Program-made: the position numbers and the translations under genes
Notes under the pieces: model-generated
What the model was told of the DNA's origin: nothing
Databases searched by the model: none
What the model saw: the letters and a program-made list of their open reading frames with translations, nothing else
Source of the DNA: an uncultured Alcaligenaceae bacterium
Lineage (GTDB): Bacteria > Planctomycetota > Planctomycetia > Gemmatales > Gemmataceae
NCBI GenBank assembly: GCA_964453375.1
Contig: CAYVRB010000019.1
Location: 536-24,535, forward strand
Reading direction: 5' to 3'
DNA length: 24,000 nt
Part shown: piece after piece, positions 8,541 to 17,704 of the stretch
Layout of the letters: each line of letters opens with the position of its first letter
Numbering within the stretch: the stretch's first letter is position 1

Positions 8541-9074
8541 ATGATCGCGAACGGACTGCCGCCCGCCGTCGGGCCGCTGGTGGCGGTGCTGGAGCAGTTG
8601 GACGAGTTGCTGGCCGGCCTCGCGGACGATCAGTACGTCGCGACGCCGGGCGGCCTCGTGACCAGCGGTATCGGCGGGCACGTCCGGCACAACCTCGACC
8701 ACGTCGAGGCCCTGCTCCGCGCCGCCGAGACCGGCGAACTCGACTACGACCTCCGCGAACGCGGCACCGGGATCGAACGCGACCGCGGGGCGGCCCGGTC
8801 CGCGATTCGCCAGCTCAGTTGTCAACTCCTCGATTTCGACTGGGCCGACGCGCCCGCGTCCCTCGCGATGCGGGCGATCGTCGCGCCCGACGCGCCGGCC
8901 GTCACGATGGAAACCTCGATCGACCGCGAGATCGCGTTCGTGCTGAGCCACACCATCCACCACAACGCGCTGATCGCGCTCCTGGCCAAACTGCAAGGCG
9001 CGCCCCTGCCGCCCGAGTTCGGCTATGCCCCGTCCACGCTCGCCCATCGCCGGAGCCGGCCATGTGCACGATGA
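8541..9074 (+). CDS. DinB-family (DinB_2/YfiT-like) metal-dependent four-helix-bundle protein
   Basis: ATG 8541 (MIANGLPPAVGPLVAVLEQLDELLAGL...). His-rich motifs GGHVRHNLDHVEALL and SHTIHHNALIALL are typical of DinB-fold proteins. The 3' end overlaps the next gene by 13 nt. Confidence 0.7.
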   Translation: MIANGLPPAVGPLVAVLEQLDELLAGLADDQYVATPGGLVTSGIGGHVRHNLDHVEALLRAAETGELDYDLRERGTGIERDRGAARSAIRQLSCQLLDFDWADAPASLAMRAIVAPDAPAVTMETSIDREIAFVLSHTIHHNALIALLAKLQGAPLPPEFGYAPSTLAHRRSRPCAR

Positions 9075-9790
9075 CGATCCTCCCGCTCGGTACCGATCGC
9101 GTGCGCGTCGCTTTCAACCGCGACGAGAACCGGTGCCGACCCGCGGCCCGTCCGCCCGTGCGCCGCCGATTCGGCCGGCGCGAGGCGATCTTGCCCATCG
9201 ATCCCGTGTCCGACGGCACCTGGATCGGCGCGAACGATGCCGGACTGATCCTCGCCCTGTTGAACGGCAATCCGCCGCGGCCCGTCGGCGCGAAGGCCGT
9301 GCGAAGCCGCGGCCAGATCGTGCCGGCGCTCCTCGGCTGCGATTCGCCCGCCGACGCGCTGGATCGCTTCGAACGGTCGTTGCGGCCGACCGATTTCGCG
9401 CCGTTCCGCCTCGTCGTGGTGGGTCGCGGCGTCATCGCCGACCTCCGCTGGGACGGCCGCCAGTCGATGGTCAGCAGCCGGCTGCTCGGCGGTTCGCCGG
9501 TGCTGTTCACGTCGTCCGGACTCGGCGACCACCTCGTCGAGAAGCCCCGACGGGAGCTGTTTGAACTCGTGTTCGAGACCGCGTTGGATCCCGATGCGGC
9601 GCAGGACGCCTTCCACGCCCATCGCTGGCCGGGCCGCGAACACCTGAGCGTGAACATGGAGCGAGTCGACGCCCGCACCGTCAGCCGCGCCGTCGTCGCG
9701 CGCGACGACGGCGCGATACAGTTCGACTACTTCGCGGATGGCGATTCGACGGTTCGCGAATCGCTGAGCCTTTCGGGGGCGCGGTCATGA
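9062..9790 (+). CDS. NRDE-family protein (TANGO2/DUF833-like, N-terminal Met-Cys)
   Basis: It starts MCTMTILPLGTDRVRVAFNRDENR, with Cys2 and the eponymous NRDE motif. Its stop overlaps the next start (ATGA at 9787..9790). Confidence 0.8.
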   Translation: MCTMTILPLGTDRVRVAFNRDENRCRPAARPPVRRRFGRREAILPIDPVSDGTWIGANDAGLILALLNGNPPRPVGAKAVRSRGQIVPALLGCDSPADALDRFERSLRPTDFAPFRLVVVGRGVIADLRWDGRQSMVSSRLLGGSPVLFTSSGLGDHLVEKPRRELFELVFETALDPDAAQDAFHAHRWPGREHLSVNMERVDARTVSRAVVARDDGAIQFDYFADGDSTVRESLSLSGARS

Positions 9791-11376
9791 TCCCGTTCGA
9801 CATCGGCCTCGCCGCCGGGCCGTGGGCCGTCGTCTTCGGCCTGATCGCGGCCTCGTTCGTGAACGAAGACCTCGCCTGCATCGCCGCCGGGCTGCTCCTC
9901 GCGGCCGGGAAGATCGACTGGCCGCCCGCGCTCGCCGGCTGCTTCCTCGGCATCGTCCTCGGCGATTTCGGCGTCTGGCTCCTCGGCCGCGCCGCCGGCA
10001 CCCGCGCCCTGCGCTGGCACTGGGTCCGCAAGCTCCTCACGCCCGAACGGTTCGCGAAACTCTCCGCGCAGCTCTGCGAACGCGGCGGCCGCACCGCCTT
10101 CGTCGCGCGTGGCCTCCCCGGCACGCGCGTGCCCCTCTTCCTCGCCGCCGGCATCCTCGGCGTTTGCCCCGCCCGCTTCCTCGCCTGGACGCTGCTCGCC
10201 GCCGCCGTTTGGACGCCGTCCCTCATCTTCGCCGTCGTCCTCGCCGGCGACTCGATCCTCGACCGCGGCTGGCCCGCCCTCGCCGCCCTCGGCCTCGGAT
10301 CCATCGTCGTCCCGAAGCTCGTCTCCCCGATCGGCCGGGCCAAGCTCATTGCGCGGCTCTCCAAACTCTGGCGCTGGGAGTTCTGGCCCGCGTGGCTCTT
10401 CTACCTGCCCCTCGTCCCGTGGTATCTCGTCCTCGCCCTCCGGTACCGCGGCGCCACCGTCTGGACCGCCGCGAACCCCGGCATCGTCCCCGCCGGCGGC
10501 GTGGTCGGCGAATCGAAGGCCGACATCCTCGCTCGGCTTCCGGCCGACCGGATCGTTCCCACGCGGCTCATCCCGCCCGGCGATGTCGCCGACCGACTGC
10601 GGCTCGTGCAAGAAACCGATTGGGAGTTCCCCCTCATCCTGAAGCCGAACGTCGGCGAACGCGGGACCGGCGTGCGCAAGCTGCACGACCTCGTGGACGT
10701 GGAAAAATACCTGATCGAAAACCCCGACGCGGTCGTCGCCCAACCGTTCCACCCCGGCCCGTTCGAGGCCGGTGTCTTCTACTATCGCCTGCCCGACGAA
10801 GATCGCGGCCACATCTTCTCGATCACGGATAAAGTCTTCCCGGTCGCGATCGGCGACGGCCGGTCCACGCTCGAAGAGCTCATCTGGTCCCACCCGCGCC
10901 ACCGGATGCAGGCGAAGGTCTTCCTGACGCGGCACGCGGAGCAACTTGGGCGCGTGCTCGACGTCGGAGAGCGATTCGCCCTCGCCACCGCGGGGAACCA
11001 CTGCCAGGGCACGCTGTTCCGCGACGGGAGCGATCTCCGGACGCCCGAAATGGAAGCCGCATTCGACGCCCTCGCCCGCCGCTTCGATGGATTCTTCATC
11101 GGCCGATTCGACGTTCGCTACTCCGATGAAACCGAGTTCCGCGCCGGCCACGGGTTCGCAATCGTGGAGTTGAACGGCGTGGCATCCGAATCGACCAACC
11201 TCTACGACCCGTCCTGGTCCCTGGGGCGCGCGTACCGAACGTTGTTCCGCCAGTGGGCGCTATTGTTCCGCATCGGCGCCGCGAACCGCCGACGCGAGCA
11301 CCGGCCGGCAACCGTCCGCGAACTGTTCGGACTCCTGCGGGAGCATCGCCGCCGACAAAATCCCGGACCGGCGTAA
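9787..11376 (+). CDS. Fusion protein: N-terminal DedA/VTT-type membrane domain plus C-terminal ATP-grasp ligase-like domain
   Basis: The N-terminal ~200 aa are polytopic, with the DedA-like FVNEDLACIAAGLL...FLGIVLGDFGVWLLGR...ARGLPGTRVPLFLAAG. The C-terminus is ATP-grasp-like: FPLILKPNVGERGTGVRKL...VVAQPF...GRFDVRY...AIVELNGVASESTNLYDP. Confidence 0.75.
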   Translation: MIPFDIGLAAGPWAVVFGLIAASFVNEDLACIAAGLLLAAGKIDWPPALAGCFLGIVLGDFGVWLLGRAAGTRALRWHWVRKLLTPERFAKLSAQLCERGGRTAFVARGLPGTRVPLFLAAGILGVCPARFLAWTLLAAAVWTPSLIFAVVLAGDSILDRGWPALAALGLGSIVVPKLVSPIGRAKLIARLSKLWRWEFWPAWLFYLPLVPWYLVLALRYRGATVWTAANPGIVPAGGVVGESKADILARLPADRIVPTRLIPPGDVADRLRLVQETDWEFPLILKPNVGERGTGVRKLHDLVDVEKYLIENPDAVVAQPFHPGPFEAGVFYYRLPDEDRGHIFSITDKVFPVAIGDGRSTLEELIWSHPRHRMQAKVFLTRHAEQLGRVLDVGERFALATAGNHCQGTLFRDGSDLRTPEMEAAFDALARRFDGFFIGRFDVRYSDETEFRAGHGFAIVELNGVASESTNLYDPSWSLGRAYRTLFRQWALLFRIGAANRRREHRPATVRELFGLLREHRRRQNPGPA

Positions 11377-11406
11377 CCCCGGCCGGTCGCCGAGCATCCA
11401 ACCACA

Positions 11407-11431
11407 AACGCGGACCGAATCCGTCCGCGTT
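11407..11431 (+). terminator. Perfect 9-bp stem-loop after the ATP-grasp gene (possible terminator/attenuator, no U-tract)
   Basis: The sequence is AACGCGGAC-cgaatcc-GTCCGCGTT. It is followed by GAGGAGG (11436..11442) and the ATG at 11452. Confidence 0.35.
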
Positions 11432-11451
11432 CCCCGAGGAGGTATTCCAGC

Positions 11452-12033
11452 ATGTTCGGCCGATCCCTGTTCGCCCTGACCTTCGCCGCCGCGTTCGCCG
11501 TGGTGGCACTCGCCGCCGACCCGCCCACCCCGGCCGCCGCCAAGATCGGCCCGAAGGTCGGCGACGAAGCGAAGGACTTCGAGCTGTCCGCCCTCGACGG
11601 CGAGAAGGTGAAGCTGTCGAAGCTGACGGCCGACGGGCCGGTGGTCCTGGTCGTCCTGCGGGGCTACCCCGGCTACCAGTGCCCGATCTGCACCAAGCAG
11701 TTCGCCGAGTTCCGAACGCAGGCCGACGCCTTCAAGGCGGCTGACGCGCGCGTCCTATTTGTCTACCCCGGCCCGGCCAAGGGGTTGAAGGATCGCGCGG
11801 ACGAATTCGTGAAGGGGAAGGACTACCCGGCCCACTTCACGATCCTCCTCGACCCCGACTACGCGTTCACGACCGCCTACGGGCTGCGGTGGAACGCGAA
11901 GAACGAGACCGCCTACCCGTCCACGTTCGTGATCGACCGCAAGCGAACGGTGACGTTCGCGAAGGTCAGCACCACGCACGGCGACCGGGCGAAGGTCAAG
12001 GACTTGCTCGCGAAGGTCGGTGGGAAAAAATAG
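11452..12033 (+). CDS. Secreted thioredoxin-fold peroxiredoxin (AhpC/TSA-redoxin family, Bcp-like)
   Basis: The signal peptide is MFGRSLFALTFAAAFAVVALAA. The redoxin core FELSALDGEKVKLSKLTADGPVVLVVLRGYPGYQCPICTKQFAEF contains a CPxC centre. Confidence 0.8.
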   Translation: MFGRSLFALTFAAAFAVVALAADPPTPAAAKIGPKVGDEAKDFELSALDGEKVKLSKLTADGPVVLVVLRGYPGYQCPICTKQFAEFRTQADAFKAADARVLFVYPGPAKGLKDRADEFVKGKDYPAHFTILLDPDYAFTTAYGLRWNAKNETAYPSTFVIDRKRTVTFAKVSTTHGDRAKVKDLLAKVGGKK

Positions 12034-12357
12034 GACGCGCCGCATGTCGGCCCATCGAGAGCAAACCCGGTACCGCCCGCCAGATTGATCGGCCGGGGGG
12101 TGGCCGGTACTCACGCGCTTCCGTCCCGTCGCGAGTGAGCGCCGGCCGTTCGTACCATCGCCAGGATTCCGATGCGAAGGGCCTCCGGCAGACTTGTCCA
12201 AGAGTCGATGAGCGAGAGCACTTCGGGATCGAAGACGGCCGGTGCGCCGGATTCTACGCCGCCGGACTCGAAATGCGGCGATTTCCCCATAAGTTCGACG
12301 AGGGTTCCAATCCCTCCCGCTCCGCTGTCATTTCTCGGCGTATGGGGATCTTCCGCC

Positions 12358-15300
12358 ATGCCCGCGCGCGAACCTGAGAAAGCCCCGGTCAGTCAAACCG
12401 GCCCGTGGACGCCGCAGACGGTCGTTTCGGCCGACGATTCGACCGGTGCCGCCGGAACCGAAGCCGCGTGGGACGGTCCGTCGCCCGTCATGCCCGGCTA
12501 CGAAATCCTCGGCCTCCTCGGCCGCGGCGGCATGGGCGTCGTCTATCGCGCCCGGCAGAGGCCGCTGAATCGCATCGTCGCCCTCAAGATGATCCTGTCC
12601 GACCGGGACCGCGCGGACCGGAAGGAACTGATTCGCTTTCTCGCCGAGGCCGAGGCCGTCGCGGCCGTGAAACACCCGCACGTCGTGCAGGTGTTTGAAT
12701 ACGGCGATAGCGAAGGCCGGCCGTTCCTCGCGCTCGAATACCTCGCCGGCGGCAGCCTCGCGGACCGTCTCAAGTTCCGCGGCCGACTCGAACCGAAACC
12801 GGCCGCGCGACTCGTGGCGCAGCTCGCGCAGGGGGTTCAGGCCATTCACGATCGCGGCATCGTCCACCGCGATCTCAAGCCGGGCAACGTTCTCTTCGAC
12901 GAATCCGGCGAGCCGAAGATTTCGGACTTCGGCCTGGCCAAGCGCGACGACCGCAACGACCTGACGGCGCGGCAAGCCATCATGGGCACGCCGGCGTACA
13001 TGTCGCCGGAGCAGGCCACGGGCGGCACCAAGTTCGTCGGCCCCGCCGCGGACGTGTATTCCCTCGGCGTGATCCTCTACGTCTGCCTGACCGGTACGAA
13101 ACCGTTCGAGGACGACGACCCGATCAGTCTGTTGCGGAAGGTTGCGGAAGAGGAACCGGAGCGCCCGCGCCGGCGTGTGCCGGGCTTGCCGCGCGATGTG
13201 GAATTGATCTGTTTGAAGTGCCTGGCGAAGGCGCCGCACGATCGCTACGCGACCGCGCAGGCGCTGGCGGACGACCTGGCGCGATTCGCGGCGGACGAAC
13301 CGGTGAGCGTTCGGCCGGCGGGCGCGATCGAACGCGCGGTGAAGTGGTCGCGACGCAAGCCCGCGCTGGCGACGGCGTACGGGCTGGCATTTTTCTCGGT
13401 CATGATCATCCTGTTCGGGGGCGGAGCGTTTGCGTTGTGGAGGACTCGCAAACAGGATGAAGCGAATCTGAAAAATGATCACGCCCGCGAGCGGGCCCGA
13501 AACTTGCTCGCGCTCGCTGCCGACGCCCGTAAGGATTATCGGTACGCTGCGGCGGAGCAAAATCTGTCGGAAGCGGGTGAACTCGCAGCGACGTTCGCCC
13601 CGGACCTCGACGCGGCTGTGAATCAAGCGAAGGCGGACCTCTCGTTCGTCCGTGAACTCGACGAGATTCGGATGGAACGTTCGACATGGCTTCCCGGTAT
13701 CGATGGTGGCGATGGACATTTTGAATCGGAACAAGCACCAAGGAAGTATCGAGACGCATTCCTGACACGAAAACACGATGTGGTTGCGAACCCCGAAGCG
13801 ACCGGAGCCACGGTGACCCAATCGGCGATTCGGATCGATCTCTTGGCCGCATTGAACGATTGGGCAATTTTGGAACCCGATGCGTTCATTCGAGACAGAG
13901 TCTTATCGGCCGTCGGTCGAGCGGACCCGAATTCCCCGGCAGCGCCCTTTCGTGATCCCGCCATTTGGCAAGACAGTAGCCAACTCTTGGCTTTGGTGGC
14001 AAAAATCGAAAAGACGCAGCTCTCGTCCGGCGATGCGATTGCCATCGCGTCAATCATGACAAAGCAAGGTTTGGACGCCGCACCGCTCTTACGTCGTACC
14101 ATGGCGCTCAATCCGCGCGATTTCCTGCCGCCATATACGCTGGGGATGATACTTCCGGCAGGTCCCGCCAAGAATCCCGAACGGGTCGGGGCGTTCCGGG
14201 CAAGTCGGGCCATCCGACCGGACAACGCCGCGGTGCTCGCCGCATTGGGGCACGCCCTCCACGGAATGGGCGACATTCCCGGCGCTCTCGCGGTATGGAA
14301 GGAAGCCGCAAGGGTCGATCCTCGCCACGCCCTCATTCACACGCAATTGGGTATCGGTTTGAAGGATTCCGGAGATTTGCCGGCCGCGATCGCGTCCTAT
14401 AAGGAAGCTGTACGACTGGATGCGAAATATTTTTTGGCCCACTACAATCTCTCGATCGCCTTGAAGGCATCGGGAGATCTCCCCGGCGCCGTCGCGTCCA
14501 TCCAAGAAGCCATTCGCCTCAAACCCGAGAGCGCCTTCTCTCACAACAACCTCGGGACTTATTACTGGGCCCAAGACCGCGACGGCGAGGCGATCGCCGC
14601 ATTCAAAGAAGCGATTCGACTCAATCCCAAGTACTTGTATCCACGGAATAATCTCGGAGGCGTGTATTCCCGTCAGAAGAAGCACGTCGAGGCGATTGCG
14701 GAGTTCAAGGAAGCGATCCGGCTCGATCCCAAATACGTTTCGCCCCACATCGGTCTCGGACACGCGTACTTGGATCTGGAGCAATATACGGAGGCGATCG
14801 CGACATTCAAAGTCGCGAATCGGTTGGATCCCAAATCAACTCTACCACTGATCGGTTTAGGCTCGGTCTATCACAAGCAGGAAAAGTACGCGGAAGCAAT
14901 TGCCGCGCACAGAGTCGCCATTGGCATCGACACCAATAGCGCTGCTGCCTACTCGTGTCTCGGAGATTCTCTGAGAGCCAGTGGGGAATTGGATGAAGCG
15001 ATACTTGCATATCGAGATGCGATTCGTCTCAAGCCGATGAAAGCCGAGTATCATGCCGAATTGGGGGATGCGCTGGCCGACGCGGCGCTCTGGGCGGACG
15101 CGGTCGCGAACTATGCCAACGCAGTCGATCTCGATCCCCAACTCGCGTCCGTTCACAATAGTTTGGCGTGGCTCTTGTCGACGGGACCTACCGAGATTCG
15201 CAATGGAAAACGGGCCGTCGAACACGCGGAAAAGGCCGTGAGATTGACCGAAGGAAACAAGGCGATTTATATTGATACTCAGGCGGCCGCGTTTGCGGAA

Positions 15301-17430
15301 TCGGGTGATTTCGCCAAGGCGATTGAATCCCAGAAGCGAGCGCTCGCCGTACCGGAATATGTACGAGAACTCGGTACCGAAGGTCGGAAACGGCTGGCGC
15401 TCTATCTGCGAAATCAACCGTATCGCGATACGATCATGCAAGCCCGAGGACACTATCACCGTGGTATGTCATTTCGGAATCGTGGCGATTTCGAGAACGC
15501 GATCGCACAACTCCAGGCATCGATCCAACTTGCGCCAAACGATCTCGCCACCCGCAAGACGCTGGAACATCTGTTGAAAGATAAGGCCGAAGCTGGCCTG
15601 ACCTTGCTGGAACATACTTCCGCAACGCGGGCACTCGGATTCAGTTCCGATGGATCCATGATCGTCACGAGCGACTCGAAACTCGTCCGGATCTGGAATG
15701 CGAAAACGGGAAATACATCGTTCAAACTGGAATCGCCAAGTCCCGTCGCACGCGTGCAGTACGGACCGAATGGACGAGTCCTTTCCGTATGCAATTTAGA
15801 ATCCGTCGTCCGACTGCACGATTCCGCCACGGGAAAATTGAAAGGCCTTGTGCGTTCGCCCAAGGGCATTTTGATCGATGCCATCTTCGGAGCGGCAGGC
15901 AATCGAATCGTCGCGTTGAGCGCCGGCGGCTCCTTCTTCGTGATGGAACCCGACGGAATGCTCGTCAAATCCTTTCCCGCGTTCGAGGGAAAACTTTCGG
16001 TCACCAGAATGGCTGTCAGTCCCGATGGGAATCGTGTATGCGTGGGTCTCGGTATCGGCTCCGAATGGAGCGGAAAAATATGGGATCTCTCTTCGGGGAC
16101 GCCGGTCGCCTCGTGGAAGGCCGGGGTCATCTATTCGGTGGCATGGAGCCCGGATGGCAAGTCGATTGCTTCGGCGGAAGCGGACCGCCAATTGTTCATT
16201 CGTGATGCCGCGACGGGGCTCCCTCGAACGGTGATTCCTGTCAACCAATCGTCCTCTACGACGGCGTCGGCCGTTGCGTATGGTCGCGATTCCAACACGG
16301 TGGCGATCGTGTGCTTCAACGGCACCGTGGAAGTGTGGGACCTCGGCGCGAAGAAAATCGTATTCGCACGCAAGTTGGATCCGACCGAGATCGGCCCCGG
16401 AGCTGCAACATTCAGCCCTGATGGCAAGAGGCTCGCGGCCAGCGCTCCGGGAATCGTCCGGATTTGGGATCTGCCGTCCTCCATCGTACTTCCAAGACCG
16501 AACGCGATGTCCGGTGAAATCGCCGTTCCAAGTTCGCTACGTCAAATCATCCCACAGACCGGTTCCGTCCTCGCCTTGGGTTTCAGTCCGGACAGTGCTC
16601 GCCTCGTCGTTGGGGACACGAAGGTCGTCCGCGTTTGGGATGCGCGAACCGCGCGTGAAGTGTTTACGCTCAACGTGCCGGGGAATCAGTTTCGCGCGTC
16701 GTATAGTACTGCCGGGCATATTCTCTCTTTGAGCAATTCGGAATTCACCGTTCGCCTTTGGGACGCCGCGACCGGCAAGCCACTGCCGGCATTGCCGACA
16801 CTCCAAGGCGCCGTGCGTGAAGCCGTATTCTCGCCGGACGGAAAGCGCGTCGTCTGTGCCGATGCTACGGGGGCTTTCTCGGTGCTGGACCTTCCAAGCA
16901 ATAAGCTTACGCGTAGTGCCGTCGCATTCGACCCTAAACATATCCTCAACGGATTCGCAATCAGCCCCGACGGTCGAAAAGTTTGTTTTGGTACGGGCAA
17001 ATCGCCCGATTGGTCGGTAAAGGTCTGGGACCTCGAGCAAAACAAAGTGGTTCTTTCCACGCCGTCCCAGGAAAAACCCGTCTGGAGTGTCGCCTGGAGC
17101 GCGGACGGGAAGTGGATCGCCTCCGGCGGGGTCGATCAATCGGTGAAGGTCTGGCACGCCGACACTGGCAAACTTCACAAGACCCTCGCCGGCGCGACGA
17201 AGACCGTCGCGCGCGTCGCCATCCATCCCGACAACCACCGCATCGCGGCCACCTGCTTCGACGGCGTCGTTCGCGTCTGGGAGGTCGGGACGGGACAAGT
17301 GGTCGAATCCTTCACGTTTGAGAATCCCGGCATCGGCAACGTCGTCTTCAGTCCGGACGGCCAGAGGCTCGCCGCCAGCGCTCCGGGCGCGGTCAAGATT
17401 TGGGAATTGTCGGGCGCGAAGCGGCCCTGA
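12358..17430 (+). CDS. Ser/Thr protein kinase - TM helix - TPR array - two tandem WD40 beta-propellers (1690 aa from ATG 12358)
   Basis: Hanks kinase motifs are GRGGMGVVYRA, VALK, HRDLKPGNVLF, DFGLA and GTPAYMSPEQ. The TM helix is ALATAYGLAFFSVMIILFGGGAFALW. More than 12 34-aa TPR units follow (AIAxFKEAIRLDPKY...), then WD repeats (FSPDG...VRIWD) to the stop. The track ORF begins at 12172, but the ATG at 12358 gives the usual short leader before the PGYEILG kinase start. Confidence 0.9.
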   Translation: MPAREPEKAPVSQTGPWTPQTVVSADDSTGAAGTEAAWDGPSPVMPGYEILGLLGRGGMGVVYRARQRPLNRIVALKMILSDRDRADRKELIRFLAEAEAVAAVKHPHVVQVFEYGDSEGRPFLALEYLAGGSLADRLKFRGRLEPKPAARLVAQLAQGVQAIHDRGIVHRDLKPGNVLFDESGEPKISDFGLAKRDDRNDLTARQAIMGTPAYMSPEQATGGTKFVGPAADVYSLGVILYVCLTGTKPFEDDDPISLLRKVAEEEPERPRRRVPGLPRDVELICLKCLAKAPHDRYATAQALADDLARFAADEPVSVRPAGAIERAVKWSRRKPALATAYGLAFFSVMIILFGGGAFALWRTRKQDEANLKNDHARERARNLLALAADARKDYRYAAAEQNLSEAGELAATFAPDLDAAVNQAKADLSFVRELDEIRMERSTWLPGIDGGDGHFESEQAPRKYRDAFLTRKHDVVANPEATGATVTQSAIRIDLLAALNDWAILEPDAFIRDRVLSAVGRADPNSPAAPFRDPAIWQDSSQLLALVAKIEKTQLSSGDAIAIASIMTKQGLDAAPLLRRTMALNPRDFLPPYTLGMILPAGPAKNPERVGAFRASRAIRPDNAAVLAALGHALHGMGDIPGALAVWKEAARVDPRHALIHTQLGIGLKDSGDLPAAIASYKEAVRLDAKYFLAHYNLSIALKASGDLPGAVASIQEAIRLKPESAFSHNNLGTYYWAQDRDGEAIAAFKEAIRLNPKYLYPRNNLGGVYSRQKKHVEAIAEFKEAIRLDPKYVSPHIGLGHAYLDLEQYTEAIATFKVANRLDPKSTLPLIGLGSVYHKQEKYAEAIAAHRVAIGIDTNSAAAYSCLGDSLRASGELDEAILAYRDAIRLKPMKAEYHAELGDALADAALWADAVANYANAVDLDPQLASVHNSLAWLLSTGPTEIRNGKRAVEHAEKAVRLTEGNKAIYIDTQAAAFAESGDFAKAIESQKRALAVPEYVRELGTEGRKRLALYLRNQPYRDTIMQARGHYHRGMSFRNRGDFENAIAQLQASIQLAPNDLATRKTLEHLLKDKAEAGLTLLEHTSATRALGFSSDGSMIVTSDSKLVRIWNAKTGNTSFKLESPSPVARVQYGPNGRVLSVCNLESVVRLHDSATGKLKGLVRSPKGILIDAIFGAAGNRIVALSAGGSFFVMEPDGMLVKSFPAFEGKLSVTRMAVSPDGNRVCVGLGIGSEWSGKIWDLSSGTPVASWKAGVIYSVAWSPDGKSIASAEADRQLFIRDAATGLPRTVIPVNQSSSTTASAVAYGRDSNTVAIVCFNGTVEVWDLGAKKIVFARKLDPTEIGPGAATFSPDGKRLAASAPGIVRIWDLPSSIVLPRPNAMSGEIAVPSSLRQIIPQTGSVLALGFSPDSARLVVGDTKVVRVWDARTAREVFTLNVPGNQFRASYSTAGHILSLSNSEFTVRLWDAATGKPLPALPTLQGAVREAVFSPDGKRVVCADATGAFSVLDLPSNKLTRSAVAFDPKHILNGFAISPDGRKVCFGTGKSPDWSVKVWDLEQNKVVLSTPSQEKPVWSVAWSADGKWIASGGVDQSVKVWHADTGKLHKTLAGATKTVARVAIHPDNHRIAATCFDGVVRVWEVGTGQVVESFTFENPGIGNVVFSPDGQRLAASAPGAVKIWELSGAKRP

Positions 17431-17478
17431 CGCCGGCACGAACGATTCCCGGAGATTCGGAATTCCCATCGCGCCCCT

Positions 17479-17700
17479 CCCGTCCTGGACAACCTGCAAA
17501 CCCACAAGGTCCAGGCCGCCGTCGACGCGGTGCACGCCGTCGGCGCCCGCGTGCTGTACCTGCCGCCCTACAGCCCCGACTTCAATCCGATCGAACAAGT
17601 CTTCTCCAAGATCAAGAACGAGTTGCGACGCCGCGAACTCCGCACCATCCCCGAACTGGAAAACGCCTTCGGCGAATCGCTCGATTGGATCACTCGCAAG
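17479..17700 (+). pseudogene. IS630/Tc1-mariner-type DDE transposase, C-terminal fragment only
   Basis: The frame reads PVLDNLQTHKVQAAVDAVHAVGARVLYLPPYSPDFNPIEQVFSKIKNELRRRELRTIPELENAFGESLDWI. This carries the family signature LDN..HK ... LPPYSP-x-xNPIE. No upstream part and no start are present, and it is broken at about 17700 by the rve sequence. Confidence 0.7.
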
Positions 17701-17704
17701 GAGC

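Noticed and set aside
10015-10029. sigma-54-like motif TGGCACtgggtCCGC on the plus strand
   Set aside because: It lies inside the DedA coding region with no downstream gene start. The -12 element lacks the TT. It is most likely a chance match in G+C-rich DNA.
9727-11151. 474-aa minus-strand ORF opposite the DedA::ATP-grasp gene
   Set aside because: It is a shadow ORF (E/D/G/R/A-rich). The plus strand encodes coherent membrane and ATP-grasp domains.
12227-12325. tRNA-like sequence: T-arm GAGGG-TTCCAAT-CCCTC (12300..12316) and a CTCGAAA loop that could be a Ser(CGA) anticodon loop with a long variable region
   Set aside because: No acceptor stem can be formed (4 of 7 pairs at best). No D-arm is present, there is a G-G mismatch in the anticodon stem, and the T-loop has an atypical C57. 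At most it is a decayed tRNA remnant, so it is not called.
12172-12357. N-terminal extension of the kinase ORF given by the ORF track
   Set aside because: The extension has no kinase-related sequence and overlaps the tRNA-like remnant. The ATG at 12358 gives a typical short leader before the PGYEILG kinase start. The true start remains uncertain.
12111-12359. 82-aa minus-strand ORF (…FDPEVLSLIDSWTSLPEALRIGILAMVRTAG…) in the peroxiredoxin-kinase intergenic region
   Set aside because: Third-position G+C is no better than in the overlapping plus frame. It has no upstream promoter space, because its ATG abuts the kinase ATG. The family resemblance is only a vague recollection. It is possibly a gene remnant but is not supportable.
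12328-13821. 497-aa minus-strand ORF and 16537..18345 minus-strand 602-aa ORF opposite the kinase and IS region
   Set aside because: Both are antisense to sequence with unambiguous kinase, WD40 or transposase motifs, and neither has motifs of its own.
14590-14900. 102-nt periodic nucleotide repeats (GCGATCGCCGCATTCAAAGAAGCGATTCGACTCAATCCCAAGTAC and variants)
   Set aside because: These are fully explained by consecutive 34-aa TPR units (AIAxFKEAIRLxPKY) in the kinase gene. They are not an independent repeat element.
17318-17704. N-terminal 129 aa of track ORF 17318..18694
   Set aside because: This part reads the kinase 3' end and the IS630 fragment out of frame, giving P/S/R/T-rich nonsense. 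Transposase homology starts only at about 17705.
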